From Arcobacteraceae bacterium (GTDB taxonomy: Bacteria > Campylobacterota > Campylobacteria > Campylobacterales > Arcobacteraceae), in assembly GCA_965224485.1 (NCBI GenBank), contig CBDCZH010000010.1, forward strand, positions 160,001 to 224,000: a stretch of 64,000 nucleotides of DNA, written 5' to 3'. Positions within the stretch are counted from its first letter, which is position 1. Each line of letters starts with the position of its first letter. Below, one piece after another: positions 1 through 9,394 of the stretch. The translations under genes were made by a program, and so were the position numbers. A model generated the notes under the pieces. It saw nothing but the letters and a program-made list of their open reading frames with translations. It did not search any database and was not told the DNA's origin.

Positions 1-900
1 TTCATTGAAGATTTTGCATTATTATTTAGAAAAGCTCACATATATTTAGATTTTATGGGTCAATCTGATTTAGTTCAAGATAATTTTAATAGTACTGTAA
101 AAAAACAATGTCAAATCAAGTTTGGTTTAAAAAATGATGGTTATATCGCAACAGAATTTTGTAAAATCGCACAGGAAGAATCTAATTATCATCTAAACGA
201 ATTTAAAAAAGGTGAAGTACTTTTATATAACTCAAATAATCAAGATTACACTAAATTTCTAGGTGCTTACGTGGGTGATGATTATTTAGATAAAAATCAT
301 TCAAAAATAACAGAAGTAGAACCTCACATTTTAGATTTAGAGATGTATGACTATGTAGAACAGTTAGAAGATAAAACTTGGGCTGAATATTTAATCGTTA
401 TGGATAAAGAGAGAAAAGGTTTAACAAGTAAAGAATTAGAAAAATTAGACGTAGAAATCAATGATTATAAAGAGCTTCTTCAAAATAATATTAAAGAATT
501 ATCAAAAGGTATATTTTTGCAATTAGATAAAAAAACCTTTGAATTAATTGATAAAGATAAATACAGAAAAAATAAAGACAGTAGTTATCAAATACCAAAA
601 AAAGAAGAACCTAAAGTTTTAGATTTAGATAAAAAAGAAGAAGAAAAACCTGAAATCACAAATGATTTTAATTACATTAAAAAAGAAATATCAAAAGCAA
701 CTGATGAAGAGACACAAATTTTCTTAGATGAATCAGAGGAAGAACAATACCAAATAGAAAATAATAATATTGATTTAGATGAAGAATTATTAGAAGATTT
801 TGATGATGAAGATTTAGCATTAAATAAGTTTATTTTAGAAAAAGAAAAAGAGTTAAAAAATAAAAATAAAATAGTAGATACTGAAGATTTAACATTTTAG
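1..900 (+). CDS. 5'-truncated protein; C-terminal part of a VirB4/TraG/HerA-FtsK-like P-loop ATPase with an acidic tail
   Basis: Frame is open from base 1 (FIEDFALLFRKAHIYLDFMGQSDL...QCQIKFGLK), resembling the RK-x(7-8)-Q motif of this superfamily; Walker motifs lie outside the window. Confidence 0.45.
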   Translation, partial: FIEDFALLFRKAHIYLDFMGQSDLVQDNFNSTVKKQCQIKFGLKNDGYIATEFCKIAQEESNYHLNEFKKGEVLLYNSNNQDYTKFLGAYVGDDYLDKNHSKITEVEPHILDLEMYDYVEQLEDKTWAEYLIVMDKERKGLTSKELEKLDVEINDYKELLQNNIKELSKGIFLQLDKKTFELIDKDKYRKNKDSSYQIPKKEEPKVLDLDKKEEEKPEITNDFNYIKKEISKATDEETQIFLDESEEEQYQIENNNIDLDEELLEDFDDEDLALNKFILEKEKELKNKNKIVDTEDLTF

Positions 901-978
901 ATATCGTTTCATTATTAATCTTTATAATATCAGGACAAAGGGTTTAATAGCCCTTATCTCAATAAAAAGGTATATATA

Positions 979-1989
979 ATGAATGAAGAAGAATTAAATA
1001 AAACAATAGTACGCATGATAAGAGAAGATAAAGTATTAGTTCAACAAATCAATGCATTAAATGATTACGGTATTGAATTTAATGAAATGACAACAAATGT
1101 TTATGAAAGAGTTGAAGATTATCAATTTTATAGAGAGATAAGTATTCAATATCTTAATCCTAAATTTACAAAATCATTCTTAAATAGAAAACAAATCTCA
1201 AATATTGATTTTGAATATAAAGACTATCAAATTGTTATTAATAGTTTAGAATCAGAAGAATTCACATTAGATAATAAACTATTGTATGACAGAATAGAAA
1301 CTATGAAATCTCAAATGAAATCATTAAATCTTGATGATGATGAAAGTGAAACTAGTCCTTCAAAACTTTTAGAAAAAGAGCAAGATAATATTGATGAATT
1401 AAAAGAACAGAATCTAATTAATACAAGAAAATTAAAAAATGAAATAGAAGATACTTTAAATTTTATGTTGCAAGATTTAAAAAGAGATACTGAAAATTTA
1501 GTAGAAGATATTCATGATGTTATTGAAGCATATAATAAGAAAAAAGGTAATGATTTAACTATTTTAGAAGAACTTAAAAACTATTTTAGTTCAAGAGTTA
1601 AAAAACAAGTAGCTAAAACTTTTACGAATTCTTACAAGTTTAAAGTTAATGCATTAAAAGTAAAAATCAGAGGTTGTACTGCAAGAATAATTTCTAAAAA
1701 GAATTCTATGTCAAGTAAAAATATTTTCGATTGGTTTTCAATTATTGATGAAATTAAACAAATAAAATTAGAACGTGATATTACAAAAGATAAATATAAA
1801 ATGATGAAAAATTCTTTACCTTATTTTATCGAAGAATTAGAAGAATTGATTAGTATGAAATTTGATGAACTATTGTTTTATAAATTCTCTGTTGCTGAAA
1901 ATAAAAAAGAGGTAAGAATCTCTAAAACAGAACTCTATAAAATATCGCTTCATGATTATAATAATCTTGTAAATAAATATCAAATTTAG
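979..1989 (+). CDS. Hypothetical coiled-coil protein (336 aa)
   Basis: Long ORF with AAAAGG RBS and TATAAT upstream; heptad-rich E/K/L composition. Confidence 0.75.
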   Translation: MNEEELNKTIVRMIREDKVLVQQINALNDYGIEFNEMTTNVYERVEDYQFYREISIQYLNPKFTKSFLNRKQISNIDFEYKDYQIVINSLESEEFTLDNKLLYDRIETMKSQMKSLNLDDDESETSPSKLLEKEQDNIDELKEQNLINTRKLKNEIEDTLNFMLQDLKRDTENLVEDIHDVIEAYNKKKGNDLTILEELKNYFSSRVKKQVAKTFTNSYKFKVNALKVKIRGCTARIISKKNSMSSKNIFDWFSIIDEIKQIKLERDITKDKYKMMKNSLPYFIEELEELISMKFDELLFYKFSVAENKKEVRISKTELYKISLHDYNNLVNKYQI

Positions 1990-2157
1990 CTTTTAAAACT
2001 CTCAAAAACAACAAATTAGGTAAGTGTAAAAATCTTATCTAATTTAACAATCCCTATTTAAAGCCATTTCTAAAAAACATTTAAAAATAATTAATATTAA
2101 TACTCACTTTTTAAAAGTTCTATTTATACTTATAGAAACAAACAAAAGGATTCAATT

Positions 2158-2250
2158 ATGAATAGAAATCAAGACAGTTATTCAAGCCCAAGTTTTCAAG
2201 CAAATGATAAAAAAAGAAGAGCTTTAAAAAGAGCTTTTAAATCAGAATAA
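2158..2250 (+). CDS. Small basic protein, 30 aa (MNRNQDSYSSPSFQANDKKRRALKRAFKSE)
   Basis: AAAGGA RBS, TATACT -10 upstream and a terminator-like hairpin downstream; not in the ORF track. Confidence 0.5.
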   Translation: MNRNQDSYSSPSFQANDKKRRALKRAFKSE

Positions 2251-2396
2251 GAATTAAAACAATAAAGAGAAGCGTAAAAACTTCTTTTTTCTATCAATAA
2301 CACTCATAATCATCAAATAAGCTTACTTATACAACTTTAATTAAACAATCTTCTCATTATTCATATAATAAACAAAAGAGCTATAAGGAGCTAATT

Positions 2397-2672
2397 ATGT
2401 TTAAAATTATTAAGTATTATTATTATGGAATCAAAAAAATCATTCAAGCATTTAAAGACATAGATAAAATAAAATTTAAGCGTTATGAATTATCATCTAA
2501 AAGATTAAGTGAACTCAAAAAGTATGTAAAAGAGAATCAAAGTGAAGAATATGAATACATTGTATTAACTATAGAACAGTATCAAAAACACAATAATGAT
2601 TACTTAAACGCATATCTTAATAAAATCTATTATTACTATCATAATAATAAAAAGAATTCAAAAAATAATTAA
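2397..2672 (+). CDS. Hypothetical protein (91 aa)
   Basis: AAGGAG RBS and TATAAT upstream. Confidence 0.65.
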   Translation: MFKIIKYYYYGIKKIIQAFKDIDKIKFKRYELSSKRLSELKKYVKENQSEEYEYIVLTIEQYQKHNNDYLNAYLNKIYYYYHNNKKNSKNN

Positions 2673-2746
2673 GAAATAACTCTTAAAACTTTCAAAACTT
2701 TTATAATCTTTTATGTAGTTAACAAAAACAAAATAAAGGATTCTAC

Positions 2747-3103
2747 ATGAATAAAACAAAAAAAACAGTAGCAGTATTATTAAGTTTAAGTGCATTAAGT
2801 TTAAGTGCAAATTGTATCGATATGACAAATAATTTAATCTGTGAATTTGACGATGAAACTATTAAAAGTTCTCATAAAATTGATGGTATAAAATATTTGT
2901 TAGGTAAAAATAAAAAAGTTGAAAGTATGGAAGTTAATTTAACAAATAAAGATAAAACGATATATCTTAATTTATCAACTTACCCAAATTTAAAATCATT
3001 AAAATTGACTAAAAACCCCACTTCTAAAGTATATATAAAATTTCGTAGCATAATGATTCAAATAGAAGATAAAAAAGTAGAGCTAGAAAATTCCAAATAT
3101 TAA
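2747..3103 (+). CDS. Hypothetical exported protein (118 aa)
   Basis: AAAGGA RBS; signal peptide MNKTKKTVAVLLSLSALSLSA; two Cys near the mature N-terminus. Confidence 0.7.
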   Translation: MNKTKKTVAVLLSLSALSLSANCIDMTNNLICEFDDETIKSSHKIDGIKYLLGKNKKVESMEVNLTNKDKTIYLNLSTYPNLKSLKLTKNPTSKVYIKFRSIMIQIEDKKVELENSKY

Positions 3104-3233
3104 AGTATATTTCTTATTCTTAAATATAAAGCATTTTATAACGTTTTCACATATGTAGAAATATTATATTTAATGTATTCATTTAGGTAAAATACTATAA
3201 AATAATTGTTCAATATATTAAAAAAGGTTATAT

Positions 3234-3962
3234 ATGAATAGTGCAGGTAGATTACATAAATTATTATGTCATTTTGTAAGTGGAAATGTTGTTTTCGAAA
3301 CTGTTTTTAGAGAGAAATATTCTATTGATACTACAAATAGAATTGAAGTAATAAGTTTTGTGTATGCTATAAATAAAGAAATAGAACAATTATATAAAGA
3401 TTTAGAAACAATCAATAAGCACAATAAATATAAAAAAGATATAGATAAACTTTACACAATATTTGATACACGTCCAATTAATACAAATATCAATGGAATT
3501 CTAAGTACTGTTGAAATTGGAAAATTAATAGTGAGGTTAGAAAGTTTAGAAGATTTACTTGAAAGTTCAAATATTTCTGAAAATATGCTTGAAGAAGAAA
3601 AAATATCAGATATCTTAAATTCACTTGATTTACTAATTGAAAAACTTACTGAATTAAATGGTGAAGAATCCGTATATATATCCAAAATATTAAAAGAAAT
3701 AATATCTAATTTAAAAACATATAAAGTGAATGGAATTAAAACAATAGAGAAATCTTTAGAAAAATTATTTTGTAAATCAAAATTTATTTTAGAGTATTTA
3801 CCTGACGAGTATAAAAAAGATTTTAATTCTTTACTTGGTAATTTATATGGAATATGGACTCTAACAAAAAAATACGGGAAAAAACCAATTGAATATGCAA
3901 AAAAACAATTTGATGAAAAGCAATTAGAAGAAACAATACTTGATGCAGAAATTCAAGAATAA
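3234..3962 (+). CDS. Hypothetical helical protein (242 aa)
   Basis: AAAAGG RBS; 20 bp from the next ORF. Confidence 0.8.
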   Translation: MNSAGRLHKLLCHFVSGNVVFETVFREKYSIDTTNRIEVISFVYAINKEIEQLYKDLETINKHNKYKKDIDKLYTIFDTRPINTNINGILSTVEIGKLIVRLESLEDLLESSNISENMLEEEKISDILNSLDLLIEKLTELNGEESVYISKILKEIISNLKTYKVNGIKTIEKSLEKLFCKSKFILEYLPDEYKKDFNSLLGNLYGIWTLTKKYGKKPIEYAKKQFDEKQLEETILDAEIQE

Positions 3963-3982
3963 ATTTAATTATTAAGTTAGGA

Positions 3983-4939
3983 ATGTTAAAAATGAATAAA
4001 AAAGAATTTATAAAAATATTTACAAGTGGTTTAAGAAAATTAAATAAAAAAGATGTTGATGCAAATTATTTAATGCAATTGAAATATGAAAATTTACCAA
4101 ACTCATTATTTAAATACTGTAGTTTTGATGAAAATAATCGTAATGTGAGTAATCTTAAAAAAGATATTGTGTGGATGAATAGTCCCCTAAACTTTAATGA
4201 CCCCTACGAATTTACTTATAGTGTAAATTTAGAAAAAGTATTAGCACATGAATATTCTAATAAAATAAATATTTTTGCAGACGTACATATAAGAGATTTT
4301 TCAGTAGATGACTTAAACAAAATGGTTAATGATAGTAATACTTATGATGTAATTATTGAGAACTTACTGAAGGCAGGAAAAATTACAAAAGCAAAGATAG
4401 AAGATTTTGAAGCAAAATATATTGGCGTGATTAAACAATCAATAGATAGCGATGATATTAAAAAAATGTATAAAGTATCATCATTTGCAGAAAAAAATGA
4501 TTTATTATTAATGTGGAGTCATTATGCACAAAATCATACTGGATTTTGTATTGAGTATGATATAAATTCTTTACCATTTGATAGTCTAATAACAGAACGT
4601 TTATATCCAATAGTTTATAGTGATGAACTATTTGACACCACTGATTATTATTTACAAGAAAAGGATAAAACACAAAATATTGATTATTTACTTGAAGGAA
4701 TGCTAAGGAAATCTTTAGAGTGGGAGTATGAAAAAGAATGGAGGTTGGTTGTATTAGATACTTCAGAGGTAGGAGTAGAGTTTAATATGCCAAAAGCAAA
4801 ATCAATATATTTGGGTTCAGAATTTGATGTAGATAATCTTAATAAACTTTATAATTTCTGTAAAGACAATAACATTAATTTATATCATATGAAATTAGAT
4901 AAATCCGAATATAAATTAACACCAAAAAAATTAATATAA
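3983..4939 (+). CDS. DUF2971 domain-containing protein
   Basis: Motifs LFKY, FNDPYE, LMWSHYAQNHTGFCIEY, KSLEWEYEKEWR. Confidence 0.85.
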   Translation: MLKMNKKEFIKIFTSGLRKLNKKDVDANYLMQLKYENLPNSLFKYCSFDENNRNVSNLKKDIVWMNSPLNFNDPYEFTYSVNLEKVLAHEYSNKINIFADVHIRDFSVDDLNKMVNDSNTYDVIIENLLKAGKITKAKIEDFEAKYIGVIKQSIDSDDIKKMYKVSSFAEKNDLLLMWSHYAQNHTGFCIEYDINSLPFDSLITERLYPIVYSDELFDTTDYYLQEKDKTQNIDYLLEGMLRKSLEWEYEKEWRLVVLDTSEVGVEFNMPKAKSIYLGSEFDVDNLNKLYNFCKDNNINLYHMKLDKSEYKLTPKKLI

Positions 4940-5061
4940 CCCAATTTGAACCAAAATGAACAAGTTTAACTGGTCTAAAAAAATGTCAATTTTGATTTCT
5001 GACTTTTAAGACCCACCAAATAAACTGTACTGACACTAAGCACTATAGGGAAGGTATAATA

Positions 5062-5184
5062 ATGTTTAAAGTCAAAAGTATAAACAGAACAATTAATTAT
5101 ATAAAAGTTCTTAAAAACGATGTAGTAGTATTCTATAAGCTATTTAATATAAACTCAAATCAATTTTTCGCAGAACATGTATAA
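5062..5184 (+). CDS. Possible small protein, 40 aa (MFKVKSINRTINYIKVLKNDVVVFYKLFNINSNQFFAEHV)
   Basis: GGGAAGG RBS 7 nt before ATG; not in the ORF track. Confidence 0.35.
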   Translation: MFKVKSINRTINYIKVLKNDVVVFYKLFNINSNQFFAEHV

Positions 5185-5290
5185 TTTTATAGATTTAGCG
5201 ATTCATTTAAAAAGTAAATAATATAATATATCTATGTTAGACATAAAAATCTAGCATACATTCATTTAGTCATTTTGTTAAAACATTAGA

Positions 5291-6402
5291 CCTCTTTTCA
5301 CACTTAAAGTGCAACATAGAGTAATGTAAGATGTAAGGCTGATTGATATACAATTTAAGCTCAATATCTTGCAGGATAAATGGAGCATTAAATGGAAAAG
5401 TATAAACAATTAACCTTAGGTTTAAGGTATCAAATATTTGCTTATAAAAACGAAAATTATACACAATCTAAAATTGCAGAGTTACTAGGTGTTAATAAAT
5501 CAACCATATCAAGAGAGCTTAAAAGAAATAGTAACAATGATTACTACAGTCCTGAGGATGCTCATATAAGTGCTGTCTCTAGAGACAAGTTTAAAGATAG
5601 GTATCACAAGATAACAAAGAAGTTAAAACTAAAGATTGGCAAGTTATTAAAAGAAGGATTATCTCCTGAGCAATTAACAGGAAGACTAAAACTACATAAA
5701 ATAGCTAATATATCTTATGAAACAGTATATAGGTATATTTATGCAAATCAAATAAGTGGTGGAAGATTATATAAATATTTAAGACATAAGAACAAAAAGT
5801 ATGGAAATAGAAGTAGTCAATATAAAACAAGAGGTCAAATAAAGAATAGAGTTAATATAAGTCAACGAGCTAAAATAATTGAGACTAAAACTAGATTTGG
5901 AGACTTTGAAGTAGATACTATTATTGGGAAAGACCATAAAGGTGCAATTGTTACATTAGTAGATAGAAAGAGTAAGTTTACACTAATGAGGATAGTTGAA
6001 TCAAAACAAGCTGGTGCAGTTACGCAAGCTATTATAGAGTTGTTATATCCAATAAGGAATTTAGTTCATACCATTACATCAGATAATGGCAAAGAGTTTT
6101 CTTATCATGAAGAAATAGCAAAAGAATTAAATATAAAGTTTTATTTTTGTGATCCTTATTCATCTTGGCAAAGAGGATTAAATGAACATACAAATGGATT
6201 GGTGAGAGAATATATTCCTAAAAAATCAAGCTTTGAGAATGTAAATAATACTCAAATACTTATAATACAAAACAGGTTAAATAATAGACCAAGAAAGATA
6301 CTAAAATATTATACTCCGAATGAGATATTTTTGAAGGAAGTTTCAAGAAAGATGGTGGCATAATTTTGCCTATATTTGTTGCACTTTAGAGTTGAATTGG
6401 CG
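5291..6402 (+). mobile_element. IS30-family insertion sequence (1112 bp)
   Basis: 26-bp imperfect terminal inverted repeats (5291-5316, 6377-6402; inner TAAAGTGCAACA identical) flanked by AGA direct repeats (5288-5290, 6403-6405). Confidence 0.9.
5392..6363 (+). CDS. IS30-family transposase
   Basis: N-terminal HTH (IAELLGVNKSTISRELKRN) and DDE motifs GDFEVDTI, TSDNGKEF, WQRGLNEHTNGLVR. Confidence 0.97.
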   Translation: MEKYKQLTLGLRYQIFAYKNENYTQSKIAELLGVNKSTISRELKRNSNNDYYSPEDAHISAVSRDKFKDRYHKITKKLKLKIGKLLKEGLSPEQLTGRLKLHKIANISYETVYRYIYANQISGGRLYKYLRHKNKKYGNRSSQYKTRGQIKNRVNISQRAKIIETKTRFGDFEVDTIIGKDHKGAIVTLVDRKSKFTLMRIVESKQAGAVTQAIIELLYPIRNLVHTITSDNGKEFSYHEEIAKELNIKFYFCDPYSSWQRGLNEHTNGLVREYIPKKSSFENVNNTQILIIQNRLNNRPRKILKYYTPNEIFLKEVSRKMVA

Positions 6403-6587
6403 AGATTAGTAAGAATAAAAAAAATTAAGCCTTTTATAAAAATTCTTACTAGTTTATTAATTCATGTAAAAAAAAATCATAAAATAATAAAATCTCTTAG
6501 AAAACTCTTTAAATTGTTGAATACTGTAGAAAAATTGTGTTTTTAACATGAAAAATATTGGAAAGTACTATAAATAGGGATTTAAAA

Positions 6588-6671
6588 TGGTGCACCTGAG
6601 AAGATTTGAACTTCCACTCCGTTAAGAACGAGCCCCTCAAGCCCGCGCGTCTACCGTTCCGCCACAGATGC
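6588..6671 (-). tRNA. tRNA-Leu (GAG)
   Basis: Reverse complement GCATCTGTGGCGGAACGGTAGACGCGCGGGCTTGAGGGGCTCG...GTTCAAATC...GGTGCACCA: cloverleaf, long variable arm, encoded CCA. Confidence 0.97.
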
Positions 6672-6746
6672 AAATATAAATAGATTTGAATACTACACTT
6701 AAGCTACTTAATTAAAAATTAATTTGCTAGTATTCTTTTGGGTATT

Positions 6747-6774
6747 GATAAAAAGAGCAAAAGCTCTTTTTATC
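6747..6774 (-). terminator. Intrinsic terminator after the MCP gene
   Basis: GATAAAAAGAGC-AAAA-GCTCTTTTTATC hairpin. Confidence 0.75.
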
Positions 6775-6787
6775 TTTTGTCTTTCTT

Positions 6788-8910
6788 TTACTCTTCTCTG
6801 AACTCTTTCTCATTTACAGTATCTAATATTCTTTGTGCAATAGAAGATGTATCAATTGCAATATCATGTGTTTTACTTGCAACAGAAGCATTATTTTGCG
6901 TTTGCTGATCAAGTCTATTTACCACATTATTTATTTGTTCAATACTTGTAGTTTGCTCATTTGAAGAAGTTTCAATATCTTTTATGATTTTAGTACTGCT
7001 AGAAATATTTTCATTTAAAGCATCATAACCTTTAATCATTTCATCTGCAATTTTTTTACCAGAATTTGTTTTAGTTGTTGCACTTTCCACTAATTCTTTT
7101 ATTTCTCTTGCCGCATCAGCCGATCTTGCTGCAAGATTTCTTACTTCTTGTGCTACAACTGCAAAACCTTTTCCAGCTTCACCAGCTGTTGCTGCTTCTA
7201 CTGCTGCATTAAGGGATAAAATATTTGTTTGAAAAGCAATTTGATCAATGACTGTAATTGCATCAGCAATTGATTGTGTTTGCTCATTTATTTCATTCAT
7301 TGAAGAAACAGTTGAGTTTGCTAAATCTTGACCATATTTAATAGCAGTAGATAATTCACTTGACTTATTAGACATTGTTCTTATTCTTTGAGTATTACTT
7401 ACAACAGTAGCTGTTATTTCTTCTAAAGCAGCAGCTGTTTCTTCTAGTGATACTGCTGTTTCATTTGAAGATGTATTTAAAATGTCTACATTTTCAAGTA
7501 GTATTTTTGAGCTTGATGAAAGAGTTAAACCATTTGATTTATTTTCTTGAAGCATTTTGTTAATTATTTGATTTAAATTATTTAAACCTTTGGAAATATT
7601 ACCTGTAGGATTTGAAATTAGCTCTAAAAAGTTAAGTTTTGAATATTTTTCTAGTGCTGATAAAATTTCATTTATATCTTTATCAATATTCTTATTTAAG
7701 ATATCTATCATGTCATTTAAAATGTGTTTTAGTTCATTTAAAGATGCAGTTGAAGACTCTTTTTGTACATGGTAATCTAATTTACCATCTTTTACTCTAT
7801 TTACTACTCTTTTTACATCTTCAATTAGTTCTCTATCTTTATTAATATTGATAGCTACAATTTCCATCTCTTCATCAATTATTTTTCCCATACTTCCAAA
7901 CTCATCATTCGTTTTTATATTAAGTTTATTGATATTTTTTTCTTTACCTTTTAAGTATTGAAAGAAAGTATATAAACCTCTATCTAATGTTTGTAAAGGA
8001 GATAATATTTTATTAAAACAAAATATAAGAATAATAATATCATTACTAATAAAAGTAAGTATAAAAAAACTTGTTTAATTAGCTGTGAATTTATTTCTGC
8101 AAAAGCTTTTTGCTTATCCATTTGAATTGTTAAATACCAAGAAGTAACTGGAATTTTACTATAAGAAATTAATTTTTCTTGTGAATTAGTTTTTGCTATA
8201 CCAAAATCAGAATCTTTTTTGCTTTTAATTTGTTTGAAAAGATTATGTTTTTTATTAAGAAGTTTTTTATTCTTATGTATTAATGTTTTTCCTTCTTTAT
8301 CTAATAAATAAGCAAAACCACCATTTCCTACATTAACATTTAATATTGTACTAACAACTGTATCTAAGAAAATATCAGATCCAATTACTCCTAATATTTT
8401 ATCATCTTTAATAAAAGGTGAAAAAACAGTTACTACTAGTTTTTTCGTTGATATATCTACATAAGGTGCAGTTACCCCAGCTTTTTTATTTTTTAATGCT
8501 TGTTTATACCAAGGTCGAGATCTTGCATCAAAATTATCCTTACTTACTCCTAAATAAGAACCATCAGCCATTAAAAAGTCACCAGTACTTTCAAAACCAA
8601 TATATAAATCTGCAAATTTTCCTGCATCTTTTGCTAATAATAATGTCTTAATTATTTCATTATTATTTATATTTAGTTCTGTAAGGGGCATGTTGTTTTT
8701 AACTGCATTTACAATATCAATTTTACTTTGTAAATAGCTATTAATAAACTTTGACGTTTGTTTTGATAAGTTCAATTCTTTTTGCTTAACTAGATTAAAT
8801 TTAGAATTGTATTCATTTGTTGTATTGTAAAAACCAAGTACAAAAAAAGAACAGGAGATGCTTATTAACAAGAGCATTAATATTTTTGCTTTTATACTAT
8901 TTTTTTTCAT
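6788..8910 (-). pseudogene. Methyl-accepting chemotaxis protein (dCache sensor + signalling domain), split by a 1-nt frameshift near 8008-8011
   Basis: Two ORFs (7984-8910 with DARSRPWY Cache motif; 6788-7891 with [27 protein letters not shown]). Adding one base restores a continuous HAMP-like linker. Confidence 0.9.
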
Positions 8911-9013
8911 TTTTTATCCTTCTAATTGTTTACTTAATTATAACTAAAAATAATTTAATAATAAGATTAGAATAATAATGAAATAAAGAATAATACTTAG
9001 ATAAAAAATACTA

Positions 9014-9048
9014 AAAAAAAGCCAAAGAAAATAAATTCTTCGGCTTTT
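9014..9048 (-). terminator. Intrinsic terminator after atpE
   Basis: AAAAAAAGCC...GGCTTTT hairpin with a U-tract on the minus strand. Confidence 0.65.
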
Positions 9049-9082
9049 ATGTTTTGCTTTTAGTTTCTAAAAAATTTAGAGA

Positions 9083-9394
9083 CTATCCTAAGAAAGGATT
9101 TGCGAATAATGCAATAATAGCAAATACAAGTGTATAAATTACTTGTGCTTCGATCATTGCTAAAGCAATGAACATTGTAGTCATAAGTTTTCCACCTAAA
9201 CCAGGGTTTCTAGCAGTACCAGCAATAGTTGCAGCAGCAGTACTACCCATTCCAATAGCTCCACCCATAGCAGCAAGACCTAGACCAACAACAGCAGCAA
9301 GTACTGAGTAAGATTTTAACATTTCGTTTGCAACTGGATCAGCAGCAAAAGCTACACTTGCAAGAGCAAGCATTAAAAGAACAATTTTTTTCAT
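9083..9394 (-). CDS. atpE: F0F1 ATP synthase subunit c
   Basis: Gly-rich helix, ARNP loop, AMIEAQVIY; N-terminal extension typical of Campylobacterota. Confidence 0.97.
   Translation of the reverse strand: MKKIVLLMLALASVAFAADPVANEMLKSYSVLAAVVGLGLAAMGGAIGMGSTAAATIAGTARNPGLGGKLMTTMFIALAMIEAQVIYTLVFAIIALFANPFLG

Larger units (their letters stand above)
1..6587. mobile_element. Right end of a putative integrative island (ICE/IME-like) abutting the tRNA-Leu 3' end; left end outside window
   Basis: Run of co-oriented non-housekeeping ORFs plus an IS30, ending at the CCA end of a minus-strand tRNA; core genes resume beyond it. No integrase seen in the window. Confidence 0.6.

Noticed and set aside
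5030..5052. CACTATAGGG resembling the T7 promoter core
   Set aside because: Only 10 nt match, the upstream specificity region differs, and no phage RNA polymerase is seen; better explained as overlap with an RBS.
5270..5464. 64-aa minus-strand ORF at the IS30 left end
   Set aside because: Spans the IS boundary and overlaps the transposase; likely spurious.
9083..9394. atpE separated from the atp operon, and possible Na+ specificity
   Set aside because: A split atp locus is normal in Campylobacterota, and EAQVIY lacks the E-S/T Na+-binding signature.
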